A stretch of 64,000 nucleotides of DNA from Candidatus Hydrothermarchaeota archaeon (lineage in GTDB: Archaea; Hydrothermarchaeota; Hydrothermarchaeia; Hydrothermarchaeales; BMS3B). The stretch spans positions 802-64,801 of the forward strand of contig WANW01000059.1 in the NCBI GenBank assembly GCA_015521615.1, in the 5' to 3' direction. Within the stretch, counting starts at the first letter, position 1; every line of letters begins with the position of its first letter. This document shows positions 51,997-62,646 of the stretch, in pieces. The position numbers were made by a program, and so were the translations under genes. Below the pieces are notes generated by a model. That model was not told where the DNA came from. It saw nothing but the letters and a program-made list of their open reading frames with translations, and ran no database searches.

Positions 51997-52509
51997 ATGA
52001 GTAAACTCGCAGAGCTTCTTGCTAAGTATGCGGTAATGCGGGGCGACTTTGTGCTCGCCTCCGGCAAGAGGAGCAGCTACTACATAAACATTAAAAAGGC
52101 ATACACAAGGCCAGAGGTGCTCCGCGAAATAGTCGCAGAGATGGAGAAGAAGCTCAGCAGCCTCGACTATGACTACCTCGCCGGCGTTGCTGTTGGTGCC
52201 GTGCCAATAGTGGCGTGCACCGCCCTTGCTGTTGACAAGCCTTTCCTTATAGTGAGGAAGGAAAAGAAGGGCTATGGCACAGGAGCCAAGATTGAAGGAG
52301 AGTGGGAGAAGGGCAAACGTGTTGTGCTCCTCGAGGATGTTACGACCACCGGGGGGAGCGTAATCAGTGCAGCCACTGCTCTAAGAGGCGAAGGATTAAT
52401 ATGTAAGGACGTGATAGTAGTGGTTGACCGCGAAGAGGGCGCCGAAGAGGCTTTGAGGCAGGCGGATCTCAGGCTTCTCCCGCTGCTGAGGGTTTCTCAA
52501 CTGTTATGA
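51997..52509 (+). CDS. pyrE: Orotate phosphoribosyltransferase.
   Basis: PRTase motif VVLLEDVTTTGGS; about 170 aa. Confidence 0.8.
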   Translation: MSKLAELLAKYAVMRGDFVLASGKRSSYYINIKKAYTRPEVLREIVAEMEKKLSSLDYDYLAGVAVGAVPIVACTALAVDKPFLIVRKEKKGYGTGAKIEGEWEKGKRVVLLEDVTTTGGSVISAATALRGEGLICKDVIVVVDREEGAEEALRQADLRLLPLLRVSQLL

Positions 52510-52510
52510 G

Positions 52511-53380
52511 GTGCGTAGCATGGATGTACCTTCTGCTCTGCTTAAGGGTTTGGGCGTGCTTCTTGTGTTCATTGGCCTAGTTGGCATGCTGGGCAGCCTT
52601 TACGGCATAAAGGCCGTGCATGATTATGACTTTGGCTCGCCATCGCAGGAGGTTCGGCAGGACATATCCCAGGCAGGGGAGAAGATGCAGGAGCGCAGAG
52701 AGACGGTGCACTCTGCGCTGGAGGCGAGCAAACAGAACATGACCCTCTCCGGTGAGGAGCTTAAAGAAGCCAGCGAGAGTGTGGCTGAGGCGAGCACAAG
52801 CGTATACGCCGCCTCCACCAAGCTGAATGTTGCCGCCCAGGAGCTGCGCACCGCCTCTGCGTACAATGATGATGCCGCTGAGTACCTCCGTGAGGCGGCA
52901 GACAGGCTTAAAGCCTGGGCAGATAGCTACTCATACAACGGCACTGCCCTGCCGCGCAAGTATGAATTCAAGGCGGCTGTGAGCAGGATTAGCGACGCAA
53001 GCCTGAAGCTCCAGAGTTCAAGCACAAAGCTCGCTGCCACTGCAGACAAGCTCGAGGCGACCTCCGCAGAGCTTAGCTCTACTGCAGCGAAGCTTCAGCG
53101 CACCTCTGAGGAGCTTACCAATGTGAGTGAAAGGCTCTCTGCAACTGGTGAGAGCCTGGGAGAGCTTCGCTCACCTCTGGGCGGGCTGATCGACGACTTC
53201 ACAAACGCGCTTAGCAGCGCCACCGCAAGCATAGAAACAATAACAAAGGCGTCCAACAACATAAAGAGCGGACTTTACCTTTTGTTCTCATACCTGGTGC
53301 TTTTCCACTTCATTCTGTTCCTTCTTGGCATTGCTTTAATAGTAATAGAGGTGAATCTCTTCCATGTAGGAGGTTATTGA
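52511..53380 (+). CDS. Membrane-anchored coiled-coil protein (N- and C-terminal TM segments), hypothetical.
   Basis: TM helices at both ends with a long Ala/Ser/Thr/Glu-rich helical middle. Confidence 0.45.
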   Translation: MRSMDVPSALLKGLGVLLVFIGLVGMLGSLYGIKAVHDYDFGSPSQEVRQDISQAGEKMQERRETVHSALEASKQNMTLSGEELKEASESVAEASTSVYAASTKLNVAAQELRTASAYNDDAAEYLREAADRLKAWADSYSYNGTALPRKYEFKAAVSRISDASLKLQSSSTKLAATADKLEATSAELSSTAAKLQRTSEELTNVSERLSATGESLGELRSPLGGLIDDFTNALSSATASIETITKASNNIKSGLYLLFSYLVLFHFILFLLGIALIVIEVNLFHVGGY

Positions 53381-54709
53381 ATGAAGGTGCTTGTGGTTGG
53401 AGGCGGAGCGAGGGAGCATGCTATAGCGGAGGCACTTAAGCGAAGCCCGCAGGTTGAGCTTTACTCCGCGATGAGCAACGCTAATCCAGGGATAAAGCGG
53501 CTGAGCGAAGAGGTGTTGCGTGCAAAAGAGACTGACATTGAGGCGATTAAAAAATTCGCTTTAAAAAACAACATTGAACTTGCCGTGATAGGCCCTGAGG
53601 CTCCGCTCTGTGCAGGACTTGCAGATGCGCTGCTCGGCGAGGGCATTGCCTGCGTGGGTCCAAGAAAAGCTCTTGCAATGGTGGAGTGCAGTAAAGAATT
53701 CTGCCGCAACCTCATGGCGAAGTACCGCATACCCGGAAGCCTCACCTATGCTACCTTCGACGACGCTAAAGAGGCGGCCAGCTATATAGACGCTTTTGAT
53801 GGCGATGTTGCGGTCAAGCCAGTTGGACTAACCGGCGGCAAGGGTGTTAAAGTTGTGGGTGAACAGCTGAAAGATAAGAAGGAGGCGAAGGCCTACGCTC
53901 GAGAGGTGATAGAGCGTGGAATAGGCGGTGGCAAGGTGGTCATAGAGGAGCGTGCCCTTGGCGAGGAGTTTACAGTCCAGGCTTTTGTTGACGGGCGCAA
54001 TGTCATAGCAATGCCCGCGGTGCAGGACCACAAGCGCGCCTTTGAGGGCGATAAAGGGCATAACACCGGCGGTATGGGCTCCTATTCCCAGAGTGATGGC
54101 TTGCTGCCCTTCCTGACTGAGGATGACTACAGCTTCGCGGTGGAGGTGATACGCAAGACAGTTGCGGCCCTGAGAGAAGAGACCGGCGAGGGTTACAAGG
54201 GCATACTCTACGGCCAGTTCATGAAGGGTAAGGAGATAAAGCTTATAGAGTTCAACTGCCGCTTCGGCGATCCGGAGGCCATGAATGTACTCACCCTGCT
54301 CGAGAGCGACTTTGCGGAGATCTGTGCAAGAATAGCTGAGGGCACCCTCTCTGGGAAGCATGTGAGCTTTGCGAAGCTCGCATCGGTATGCAAGTATGTG
54401 GTGCCCAAGGGTTACGGGGTGAATCCAGCGCCTCCTGCCAAGATAAGCATAGATGAGGAGGCGATAAAGCGAGAGGGCGCTACGCTCTACTACGCGGCAG
54501 TTAATGAGGAGAATGGCGAGATATACACAACCACATCGAGAAGCGTTGCAGTGGTGGGCGTTGCGGAGAGCATCGCCGAGGCTGAGGCGATAGCCGAGCG
54601 TGCCATAGGTCATATCAAAGGTGAGCATATATATCACAGAAGCGACATAGGCAAGCAGGAGCTTATTGAGGCGAAGCTTGCCCGCCTTAAAGCGCTGAGG
54701 GGTGAGTGA
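53381..54709 (+). CDS. purD: Phosphoribosylamine-glycine ligase.
   Basis: ATP-grasp PurD pattern; 442 aa. Confidence 0.85.
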   Translation: MKVLVVGGGAREHAIAEALKRSPQVELYSAMSNANPGIKRLSEEVLRAKETDIEAIKKFALKNNIELAVIGPEAPLCAGLADALLGEGIACVGPRKALAMVECSKEFCRNLMAKYRIPGSLTYATFDDAKEAASYIDAFDGDVAVKPVGLTGGKGVKVVGEQLKDKKEAKAYAREVIERGIGGGKVVIEERALGEEFTVQAFVDGRNVIAMPAVQDHKRAFEGDKGHNTGGMGSYSQSDGLLPFLTEDDYSFAVEVIRKTVAALREETGEGYKGILYGQFMKGKEIKLIEFNCRFGDPEAMNVLTLLESDFAEICARIAEGTLSGKHVSFAKLASVCKYVVPKGYGVNPAPPAKISIDEEAIKREGATLYYAAVNEENGEIYTTTSRSVAVVGVAESIAEAEAIAERAIGHIKGEHIYHRSDIGKQELIEAKLARLKALRGE

Positions 54710-55617
54710 TGCACATTTTATCTTTTCTTGACCTGAAAGACATAATAAATGAGGTCTTTGAGAGCGCCGCCAAGCTTAAAGCAGAGGCAAAGCGGAGCGA
54801 GTTTAAGGAGATTCTGAAGGGCAGAACACTGGCGATGATATTTGAAAAGGCTTCCACGAGAACCAGGGTGAGCTTTGAGGTGGCGATGACACAGCTGGGT
54901 GGACATGCGCTATACCTGAGCCCAAAAGATATGCAGCTTGGTAGAGGCGAAACCATCGCCGATACCGCTCGCACGCTTAGCAGGTACGTGGATGCTATAA
55001 TGATACGCGCCTACCGCCACAGCGATGTTATTGAACTTGCGAGACATGCAAGCGTGCCGGTGATAAATGGCCTTACAGATCTGGAGCACCCCTGCCAGGC
55101 GGCAAGCGACTTTTTTACAATGAAAGAGATAAAAGGCTCGCTCCGCGGAGTAAAGCTCGCTTACGTTGGCGACGGAAACAACGTATGCCATTCCCTGTTA
55201 CTTGGTTCTGCTCTGCTTGGCGTTAACTTCTCCTGCGCCACTCCACAGGGGTATGAGCCCCAGCAGGACATAGTACAGCAGGCCATGTCTCTCGCGAGGG
55301 ATAGCGGCGCCCAGATTGAGATACTCAACGACCCGGCAGAAGCTGTGCAGGACGCAGATTTTATATACACCGATGTGTGGGTGAGCATGGGGCAGGAGAG
55401 CGAAGCCGAGCAGCGCATGCGTGCCTTCCGGAGCTATCAGGTCAATTCAGAGCTGCTCAGGCATGCACCTCATGCTAAGGTGATGCACTGCCTGCCAGCG
55501 AAGCGAGGTTATGAGATAACCGATGAGGTTATTGACGGCGAGGCCTCTATAGTCTGGGAGCAGGCCGAGAATCGCCTCCACGTGCAGAAGGCGATTCTGG
55601 TAAAGCTTATTGGCTGA
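54706..55617 (+). CDS. argF: Ornithine carbamoyltransferase.
   Basis: STRTR carbamoyl-phosphate motif and HCLP ornithine-binding motif. Confidence 0.8.
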   Translation: MMHILSFLDLKDIINEVFESAAKLKAEAKRSEFKEILKGRTLAMIFEKASTRTRVSFEVAMTQLGGHALYLSPKDMQLGRGETIADTARTLSRYVDAIMIRAYRHSDVIELARHASVPVINGLTDLEHPCQAASDFFTMKEIKGSLRGVKLAYVGDGNNVCHSLLLGSALLGVNFSCATPQGYEPQQDIVQQAMSLARDSGAQIEILNDPAEAVQDADFIYTDVWVSMGQESEAEQRMRAFRSYQVNSELLRHAPHAKVMHCLPAKRGYEITDEVIDGEASIVWEQAENRLHVQKAILVKLIG

Positions 55618-55618
55618 A

Positions 55619-56518
55619 TCAAGCCTTAGCCTCCACCCTGTGGATCGCCCAGTATACCAGGGCCAGACTGAGGAGCAGACCCGCTATAGCAAGAATCTCA
55701 GTAATCTTCTCCGGGGAGAGGGACAGTATGAGAACCTTGCGTATAACCGCCGCAAGGGCAACACTCACAAATACCTTTAAACTGAGCACACCGCCGCGCA
55801 GGCGCTTTATTTCCCCATCCAGAAGCTCTGATACAGCATAGAGAATGAGCACAGTACCCATAAGGCTCAGCACGCCCTTCTCCAGCAACATTGTGCCATT
55901 AATTATCATAAACATCTCATAAAGTATCCAGAATATCAGAAATAACCCTGAAATTAAAAGAGAAAGTATTATGAAGATGTCAAAACCGTAGGATATGCGC
56001 TTTATTCCCCCTATGAGAATTCTCTGATATTTCCCGAGAGGCAGATACAGCTTCAGCTCCTCTTCCCGGTAAGAACTCAGCATCACATCCAGATTCAAAT
56101 CCAGGAGTTTTTCAACAGAACTCATAACTTTATCCCTATCTTCTGAACAGCCAAGCTCAAATGTGAGCTTTTCCAGGATAAACCGCCTTATAAAATTCAT
56201 TGTAACTGTCATGTAGTGAGGAGGAAGCCCTATCTTGACATGCACCTCTCCTATCCTGTAGAGAGATTTAACATATTTATCGTCGTATTCCCCATAAAAA
56301 ATGGTTTCAAACCAGTTCTTTAACTTTTCACCATGCCTTTTCAGCACTTTTTCATCTGGTATATACTTCTCCACATCCTTAAAGGTTGCAAGATAGTTAT
56401 GAAGCTCCTGAACAAACTCTGTACTGTACTTTTTTCCAAAATCCCTCATCTTTTTCAGATTTTCTTCATCCTCCACTCCCCAGTTGTAATAAGCCTTAAG
56501 TTCTTCAATATCTTCCAT
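55619..56518 (-). CDS. Sensor-globin (protoglobin/globin-coupled-sensor) domain fused to a C-terminal multi-TM membrane domain.
   Basis: N-terminal 150 aa match the sensor-globin pattern (Y.D.YV...RIG..H...GLPP.YM). C-terminal 150 aa form about 4-5 hydrophobic helices. Confidence 0.5.
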   Translation of the reverse strand: MEDIEELKAYYNWGVEDEENLKKMRDFGKKYSTEFVQELHNYLATFKDVEKYIPDEKVLKRHGEKLKNWFETIFYGEYDDKYVKSLYRIGEVHVKIGLPPHYMTVTMNFIRRFILEKLTFELGCSEDRDKVMSSVEKLLDLNLDVMLSSYREEELKLYLPLGKYQRILIGGIKRISYGFDIFIILSLLISGLFLIFWILYEMFMIINGTMLLEKGVLSLMGTVLILYAVSELLDGEIKRLRGGVLSLKVFVSVALAAVIRKVLILSLSPEKITEILAIAGLLLSLALVYWAIHRVEAKA

Positions 56519-56618
56519 ACAGGTAATTTAATATGACCACAGATAAACCTTTGCTGCAAAAATCCTAAAAGCCTGTGGGATAACTGCGATACATTTTTAA
56601 GCATCGAGTTTAACCAGA

Positions 56619-57356
56619 ATGAATATGAGCAGATTGAGGATTCTCAGCTCTGGAGAGTGGGATTTGCTCGCTGTTGTTGCGGCGAGCTTGATAGGCATTA
56701 TAGCCCACGTGCTCAACCTGATTCCAGAGGGCTATATAATCTCACTGATACTCCTGCTTCTTGCACTACATGCCCTGCACGAGATTGGACATGACATGAA
56801 GTTCGACGAAGCGAATGCGGCGCTCCTGAGCATGGAAAGAAGGCTCACCAGCATCGAACCAGAGGTGAAGGTTATTACAAAGGACCACTTCAAGCACGGG
56901 GAGGCTCTGGCAAAGAGAAACAGAGGCACCTTTGTGTGGTTCAACACCCCAATGACGGTGATGCGCTCTCAGGAGGCCTTTGACCTGATGCTGAGGCCCG
57001 CTATTGAAAGCAGAAATACAAAGAGGGTGGAGTTTATCCTCAAACCAGAGCAGAAGGACTTCTTCGACACCTTCGTCTGGCCAAAGATACAGGCATGCAG
57101 AGGTAAGGAAAAGGTCTCCTACCCCACATTTGTACCTATAAAGGAGAACTTCGCATTTAAGATGATAGACGCCAGTGAGAATGAAGAGGCAAAGGAGTTT
57201 CACCTCACCTTCCTAGATAGCCCCTTTACAATAACCAGAGAATGGGAGGACGGGAGCAAGGTGGTACACCCGAAGATAATATTTCACGTCCTGCCCAGAA
57301 GTGAGCTTTCAAAGGAACTTAAAGAGGTCTACCTGCAGTACGCCGTCACCACCTAG
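56619..57356 (+). CDS. Membrane-anchored hypothetical protein (2 N-terminal TM helices plus a soluble domain).
   Basis: ORF with N-terminal hydrophobic helices; divergent from the sensor-globin gene. Confidence 0.4.
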   Translation: MNMSRLRILSSGEWDLLAVVAASLIGIIAHVLNLIPEGYIISLILLLLALHALHEIGHDMKFDEANAALLSMERRLTSIEPEVKVITKDHFKHGEALAKRNRGTFVWFNTPMTVMRSQEAFDLMLRPAIESRNTKRVEFILKPEQKDFFDTFVWPKIQACRGKEKVSYPTFVPIKENFAFKMIDASENEEAKEFHLTFLDSPFTITREWEDGSKVVHPKIIFHVLPRSELSKELKEVYLQYAVTT

Positions 57357-57616
57357 AGAAGGCGGTGCACCTCTGTAATCTCAACCTCTCCCACTTCAGG
57401 GATAGAGCGGAGCGCCTTCTCAATGTTGTCAGCCGCACCTTCAGCATCAGCCACAACAAACCTGGCGACAATTGCAACCAGACCAAAGGCAATGGGCTCC
57501 TTATCGGCGGAGTTGAATCTCGCTTCCTTTATGCCCTTCACTTTTTCCAGAAGTTCGTCTATATTTACCTCTACATCCTTCGGCATTATCTTTGCAGTAA
57601 CCAGAACTTCAGTCAT
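57353..57616 (-). CDS. ef1b: Elongation factor 1-beta (aEF-1beta).
   Basis: Conserved aEF1B sequence; 87 aa. Confidence 0.8.
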   Translation of the reverse strand: MTEVLVTAKIMPKDVEVNIDELLEKVKGIKEARFNSADKEPIAFGLVAIVARFVVADAEGAADNIEKALRSIPEVGEVEITEVHRLL

Positions 57617-57625
57617 AACTTCACC

Positions 57626-57787
57626 TCATGGACCTTCAAAGCCGCACTCACAGCGATACCTTCGCCCTAGCTTGCGGCAGCGCTCACAGCGCACAATCAT
57701 GGCATCGCACTCCGGGCAGGGAAACTTTACGCTGCCTCCGCCCACTTTAATGTAAGCTCCGCAGGATATGCAGGTTAATTCTTCCAT
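57626..57787 (-). CDS. Small Zn-ribbon protein (COG2888-like) upstream of aEF-1beta, 53 aa. Not in the ORF track.
   Basis: Manual translation gives MEELTCISCGAYIKVGGGSVKFPCPECDAMIVRCERCRKLGRRYRCECGFEGP, with four CxxC pairs. The stop is 9 nt before the ef1b start codon, with GGTGA in the gap. Confidence 0.65.
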   Translation of the reverse strand: MEELTCISCGAYIKVGGGSVKFPCPECDAMIVRCERCRKLGRRYRCECGFEGP

Positions 57788-57862
57788 AACATACCTCCAT
57801 TAGTTAATGAGATGTAAAAGCCTTCCTTTTTATGCGAGATAACAAGGGAAAATATTACTACG

Positions 57863-59158
57863 CTACCCTTTGAGCACCACGCTGTTCTGAGGCACAACCT
57901 TTGAAAGCTCCTCAAAAAACCCCGGAAAGGATATGGAGGCGCACTCTATGCCGTGCACAACACTTCCACCCTCCGCGGCAAGTGCTGCTATACTAAGCGC
58001 CATCGCCAGGCGATGGTCACCATGGGTGTGCACCTCAGCACCACGCAAACTGACTGTGCCTTTTATCTCCATACCATCTCTGCGCTCTTTTATCTCCGCC
58101 CCAAACTTCGCAAACTCCTGCGAGCAGGTTGCGATGCGGTCACTCTCCTTATAGCGCGCATGTTCCACATTCTTTATAACTGTTTTTCCCTCCGCCTTGA
58201 CAGCGAGCGCGGCCACCGTAGGCAGCAGGTCAGGGGTATCCCCCAGGTCCACCTCTACACCGCGCAGCTTCCCGGTACCGCGGACCCTTACCCAGCCTTT
58301 TCCTGACTCCACACTGGCTCCCATCTCACGCAGAATCCCAAGTATCGCTCTGTCACCCTGCTTTGAGTCAGGATTCAGGTTTTCCACTGTAATCTCGCCT
58401 CCGGTTAAGGCAGCGAGAGCCAGGAAATAGGAGGCTGAGGAGTAATCACCCTCCACCCTGTAGCTTCTTCCTCTGTAAGTCCTGCCAGCGGTAACCCGGA
58501 AGCTTTCATATGCGTGATTTTCAACCTCAGCACCAAAGGTGCGCATAATCTCCAGGGTTATGTCCACATAGGGCTTTGACTTCAGTGGCGAGGTCAGCAC
58601 CACCTCCACATCGGTCTCTGCATAGGGTGCAACTATCAGCAGCGCAGATATAAACTGCGAGCTAACATCGCCTCGAATCCTCGCAACTCCGCCATGAAGT
58701 GAACCACCCTTAATCCTCACAGGCGGACATCCATTACCCGGTATACTTTCGCCATGCACACCGAGCATTGCAAGGGCATCCAGGAGTGGCTGAATGGGAC
58801 GGCGACGAAGCGAGGCATCACCTGTTAGCACAGACTCACCATCCAGTGAGGCAACACCTGTAAGCAGGCGCAGCGTGGTGCCAGAATTTTTGCAGTCCAC
58901 CTCCTCTTCAGGAGTCGCCAGCCTGCCTCCGCTTCCCTCCACAATGGCTACCCTCTCATCCTCCTCAACTATACTCACCCCAAAGCTCCTCATCCCGGCT
59001 ATAGTTGCCATGGTATCCTCTGACACCAGATAATCATATATCCTGGAGCTACCCCGTGCTAGGCCAGCCACAACAAAAGCGCGGTGAGTGTAGCTCTTTG
59101 ATGGTGGCGCAGCCACACTTCCGTGCACCTTTTCCACACCGCTAATTATCGCCTTCAT
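57863..59158 (-). CDS. aroA: 3-phosphoshikimate 1-carboxyvinyltransferase (EPSP synthase).
   Basis: N-terminal PPSKSYTHRA motif and EPSPS fold pattern. Start may be 59188 or 59158. Confidence 0.8.
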   Translation of the reverse strand: MKAIISGVEKVHGSVAAPPSKSYTHRAFVVAGLARGSSRIYDYLVSEDTMATIAGMRSFGVSIVEEDERVAIVEGSGGRLATPEEEVDCKNSGTTLRLLTGVASLDGESVLTGDASLRRRPIQPLLDALAMLGVHGESIPGNGCPPVRIKGGSLHGGVARIRGDVSSQFISALLIVAPYAETDVEVVLTSPLKSKPYVDITLEIMRTFGAEVENHAYESFRVTAGRTYRGRSYRVEGDYSSASYFLALAALTGGEITVENLNPDSKQGDRAILGILREMGASVESGKGWVRVRGTGKLRGVEVDLGDTPDLLPTVAALAVKAEGKTVIKNVEHARYKESDRIATCSQEFAKFGAEIKERRDGMEIKGTVSLRGAEVHTHGDHRLAMALSIAALAAEGGSVVHGIECASISFPGFFEELSKVVPQNSVVLKG

Positions 59159-59229
59159 AGCAGCACCGCTACGATTATATACCCTCAAAGGATAATATCT
59201 TTCCGGTATTAAAAGCTAGGGGTTGAAGG

Positions 59230-59511
59230 ATGCTCGAAAACCTCAGGAATGAGATTGAACTTCTGCGCAGGCATGTTCGTGTACTTCGCATGGTAAAGCA
59301 GCACGAGCCTGTGGGTATAATAAAGCTCTCAGAGCTTAGCGGCATACCCCAGCACAAGGTGCGCTACTCACTGCGTGTTCTGGAGCAGAAGGGGATAATA
59401 AAGCCCTCACCGCAGGGCGCTGTTACCACGCGCAGAGCTGAGAATTTTCTAAAAACTCTGCCTGAGGAGATAAAGAGACTGAAGGAGGAGCTGGACTCCT
59501 GCCTTGAGTAG
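59230..59511 (+). CDS. Winged-helix transcriptional regulator, hypothetical.
   Basis: HTH-like LSELSGIPQHKVRYSLRVLEQKGII. Confidence 0.45.
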   Translation: MLENLRNEIELLRRHVRVLRMVKQHEPVGIIKLSELSGIPQHKVRYSLRVLEQKGIIKPSPQGAVTTRRAENFLKTLPEEIKRLKEELDSCLE

Positions 59512-59985
59512 CTACTCTTCCTCTTCACCCTCTTCGAAGTTTATCTTGTACTCCTCTTTTGAGACCGACGCTGTTTCCATCACCTTATCCGAGACATAAA
59601 CAGGCGCACCTGTGCGCACCGCCAGAGCTATGCTATCACTGGGGCGTGCATCAAATTCAAACTCATTGCCATTTGACCTCACTATAAGCCTGGCAAAAAA
59701 CACCCCCTCGCTCAGGTCATCTATGAGCACGCGTTCTATCTTGGAGTTGAGCCCTTCAAGGATGTTAACAAGCAGGTCATGGGTGAGCGGGCGTGGGTAT
59801 GGAACCTTCTCCAGCGCCGTCTGAATCGAAAAGGCCTCTGCAGCACCGATGTAGATGGGCAGAATCTCTTCCCGGTCGTTCTCCAGGAATACCACGGGCG
59901 TTACACCCTCTGGCACAGGGGACATAAATACCCCGACAACACGAACACGCTGGAAACCATCAATCTTTTCTTCAACCTTTTCCAT
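59512..59985 (-). CDS. Bifunctional nuclease family protein (DUF151).
   Basis: DUF151 pattern (PVV.L.....LPI.IG..EA..I). Confidence 0.65.
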   Translation of the reverse strand: MEKVEEKIDGFQRVRVVGVFMSPVPEGVTPVVFLENDREEILPIYIGAAEAFSIQTALEKVPYPRPLTHDLLVNILEGLNSKIERVLIDDLSEGVFFARLIVRSNGNEFEFDARPSDSIALAVRTGAPVYVSDKVMETASVSKEEYKINFEEGEEEE

Positions 59986-60038
59986 AAGAGTCCCCTAGTT
60001 AACTTTACAAGCTTTTAGCTTATTAACGTTTTGCATAA

Positions 60039-61613
<1,575 letters not shown>

Positions 61614-61630
<17 letters not shown>

Positions 61631-62168
61631 ACTCGCCTTTGTCACCGGGAATGAACACAAGTTCCGTGAGGCTGAGGAGATTTTAAAGGGCGTGGTAAGG
61701 CTTCACTGGAGGCGGGAGAGCTACCGTGAGGTGCAGGCTGAAACGCTGGAGGAGGTGACAAAGGAGGCGCTCAGGGAAATACCCGGCGACAGTTTCTTTA
61801 TCGAAGATGCTGGCTTATTTATTCATGCACTCAACGGCTTCCCGGGAGTTTATTCCGCTTACGTTTTTAAGAAAATAGGCAACGAAGGAATTCTGAGGCT
61901 GCTAAAGGGTGAGAAAAACAGAGGGGCAACCTTTCGCTCTGTGATAGGTCTTAAGCTCAGGGGGGAGGTGAGGCTCTTTACAGGCGAGGTTTACGGCAGG
62001 ATAGCAACCGAGGCAAGGGGTAGAGAAGGCTTCGGCTACGACCCTATTTTTATCCCCACAGGGCACGACACAACCTTTGCAGAAGACCCGGTGCTAAAAC
62101 AGAAGGTATCACACCGCAGGCGCGCCCTCCAGGAGCTCGCTCGATACCTGACTAGCCACCCTCCCTGA
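61614..62168 (+). CDS. Non-canonical purine NTP pyrophosphatase (RdgB/HAM1).
   Basis: FVTGN.HK motif; about 184 aa. Confidence 0.8.
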
Positions 62169-62514
62169 AACTCTCTATTGCAGTGGTGAGATTCCTGGAA
62201 AGTTCACTCACATTATCAGAAACGTTACTCTCCGGAGCTATTTTGTTGATTATATCAGCTATCATCCTGAATTTGTCCACCAGCCTCTCCAGCGCCTCTG
62301 CAACATCCTGCCTGTAACTCTGCTCCAACTCCTGTGAGCGAAGTGAATATTCCTCCTCACCAATCTCACCCTGAATCCGTGCTCTGAGAAGCTCTGACTG
62401 TGCATCTACCATTTTGCCTGTGGACAGGGTTATTGTATACACAACCCCCGCAAACAGTGCTGCAATGCCAACAGCAAGGACCAGATATGATTTGCCCAGC
62501 ATGCTTCCCCTCAC
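62152..62514 (-). CDS. Membrane-anchored hypothetical protein (N-terminal TM plus helical domain).
   Basis: ORF with an N-terminal hydrophobic helix. Confidence 0.35.
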   Translation of the reverse strand: MRGSMLGKSYLVLAVGIAALFAGVVYTITLSTGKMVDAQSELLRARIQGEIGEEEYSLRSQELEQSYRQDVAEALERLVDKFRMIADIINKIAPESNVSDNVSELSRNLTTAIESFREGG

Positions 62515-62646
62515 AGATAGTCCTCTATATTACTTTTAATGGGGTGGTATTAAAAGGTTGGCAACCGCTGGCATAATGAACATTTTCGGGAAAAAGAATA
62601 TTTATCATTATAAATAATGACGGTTTCTCAACGGAGGTGTTTTAGA

